Assembly: GCA_963717935.1 (NCBI GenBank)
Contig: CAVQXP010000004.1
Location: forward strand, 1,152,001-1,216,000
Length of the DNA stretch: 64,000 nt
Origin: Candidatus Eiseniibacteriota bacterium
GTDB taxonomy: Bacteria > Eisenbacteria > RBG-16-71-46
Direction of reading: 5' to 3'
Shown: one piece after another, positions 62,992 through 64,000 of the stretch
How the letters are laid out: each line of letters starts with the position of its first letter
Position numbering within the stretch: position 1 is the stretch's first letter
Made by a program: the position numbers and the translations under genes
The notes under the pieces: generated by a model
Seen by the model: only the letters and a program-made list of their open reading frames with translations
Database searches by the model: none
Told to the model about the DNA's origin: nothing

Positions 62992-63903
62992 ATGAACGCC
63001 GCCGCGCCGCTTCCCGTCCGCTCGCTGGACTCCTGCGTCGCCTGCGGCAGCGCCACGCTCCATCCGCTGCCGCTGGTCTACGAGTTCCACGGCCGGTTCC
63101 CGCTGGTCGAGTGCGGGGACTGCGGGCTGCGCTTCCTGCGCGTGCAGCCCGCGGGAGAGGGGCTCGCGGCGCTCTACTCGGCCGACTACTTCACGAGCGA
63201 CTTCCGCTGCGGGCGCAGCGCGGTGGCCTACTCCTCCGAGGAGCCGTTCCGCGCCGAGAACGCGAGCCTGCTCGAAGCGTTCGAGCGGCTCGGGCCGCGC
63301 GGCCGGCTGCTCGAGCTGGGCAGCGCCGGCGGCTGGCTGCTCAAGCACGCGCGCGAGCGCGGCTGGCAGGCGCAGGGCGTCGAGCTCTCCGCCGCAGCGG
63401 TGGCGCAGGCGCGCGCGCTCGGCCTCGAGGTGTTCCAGGGCGACCTGCTCACGGCCCCGCTGCCGGCAGACACGTTCGACCTGATCTACATGGGCGATGT
63501 GCTCGAGCACGTGCCCGACTGCCGCGCGGTGCTGGTCGAGGCGGCGCGCCTGCTCAAGACCGGTGGCCATCTCTACCTGCGCGGGCCCATCACCACCCAC
63601 TCGCTCGCGCGCCGCCTGGCGCTGGCGCTCTACGGCGCTGCGGGCCGCGCGATCGTGCTGCGCGAGCCGCCCTATCACCTCTGGGAGTTCACGCCGGGGC
63701 CGCTGGAGCACCTCTTCGCCTCGGCGGGACTCGAGGTGATCACGGCGCGGCAGAGCAAGATCCCGCCCGGCCGGGCGCACGGCGAGAAGTCGGCGCTCCA
63801 GCGGCTGGCGATGGGCGCGGTGGACGCCCTCAACCTGCCGCTCACCCGGCTGCTCAACGTCGCCGGCGACCGCATCGTGATGGTGGGCCGGAAGCAGGCG
63901 TGA
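62992..63903 (+). CDS. Class I SAM-dependent methyltransferase with N-terminal Zn ribbon
   Basis: CVAC...CGDC; LLELGSAGG, GVE-S, FDLI-M-DVLEH, PYHL-EF. Confidence 0.8.
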   Translation: MNAAAPLPVRSLDSCVACGSATLHPLPLVYEFHGRFPLVECGDCGLRFLRVQPAGEGLAALYSADYFTSDFRCGRSAVAYSSEEPFRAENASLLEAFERLGPRGRLLELGSAGGWLLKHARERGWQAQGVELSAAAVAQARALGLEVFQGDLLTAPLPADTFDLIYMGDVLEHVPDCRAVLVEAARLLKTGGHLYLRGPITTHSLARRLALALYGAAGRAIVLREPPYHLWEFTPGPLEHLFASAGLEVITARQSKIPPGRAHGEKSALQRLAMGAVDALNLPLTRLLNVAGDRIVMVGRKQA

Positions 63904-64000
63904 CCTGGGGCCCGCCGGGCCACGGCCGTCGCGGTCCGCGGCCTGCCCGGACGCGGGCGAGATTCCGGTTGACAGCCTCCCCCGGCGGCCCAAGGATTGA

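Noticed and set aside
63969..63997. Promoter at the window end (TTGACA-N17-AAGGAT)
   Set aside because: Perfect -35 but a weak -10, and the downstream gene lies outside the window, so it cannot be supported.

Overview
A 64-kb, very GC-rich, gene-dense chromosomal segment from a Gram-negative bacterium (LptD, GT9 heptosyltransferase-like gene and TolC present). A PorX-like regulator next to tsaE, a kinase-less PASTA protein and DUF6249/DUF4097-type genes suggest an FCB-superphylum relative, but this is inference only. Most of the window is housekeeping: acpS, tgt-yajC-def-fmt-rsmB-PASTA-rpe, ffh-rpsP, serS, tsaE-tsaB/rimI-accD-folC-lptD, galT, an oxoprolinase pair, nagZ, an S41 protease and iscS-mnmA. 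I saw no tRNA, rRNA, CRISPR array, transposase or integrase. Five signals are not explained by the ORF track. (1) A hidden exported selenoprotein (CGU motif at an in-frame TGA, SECIS-like hairpin) joins a degenerate UshA-like domain to a four-heme cytochrome c (44907-46324). (2) In a copper island, a Cys-rich leader with a signal peptide ends in two RAPP arrest motifs whose codons can pair with the cusC ribosome-binding site. (3) Four copies of a (T/C)GCAAC-N17-CGT(A/C) ECF promoter define a small envelope regulon. (4) A perfect 30-bp inverted repeat sits between back-to-back acpS and tgt promoters. (5) A PorY-like kinase lies close to a PorX-like regulator. Several single-base frameshifts, including in acpS and fmt, are most likely consensus errors.
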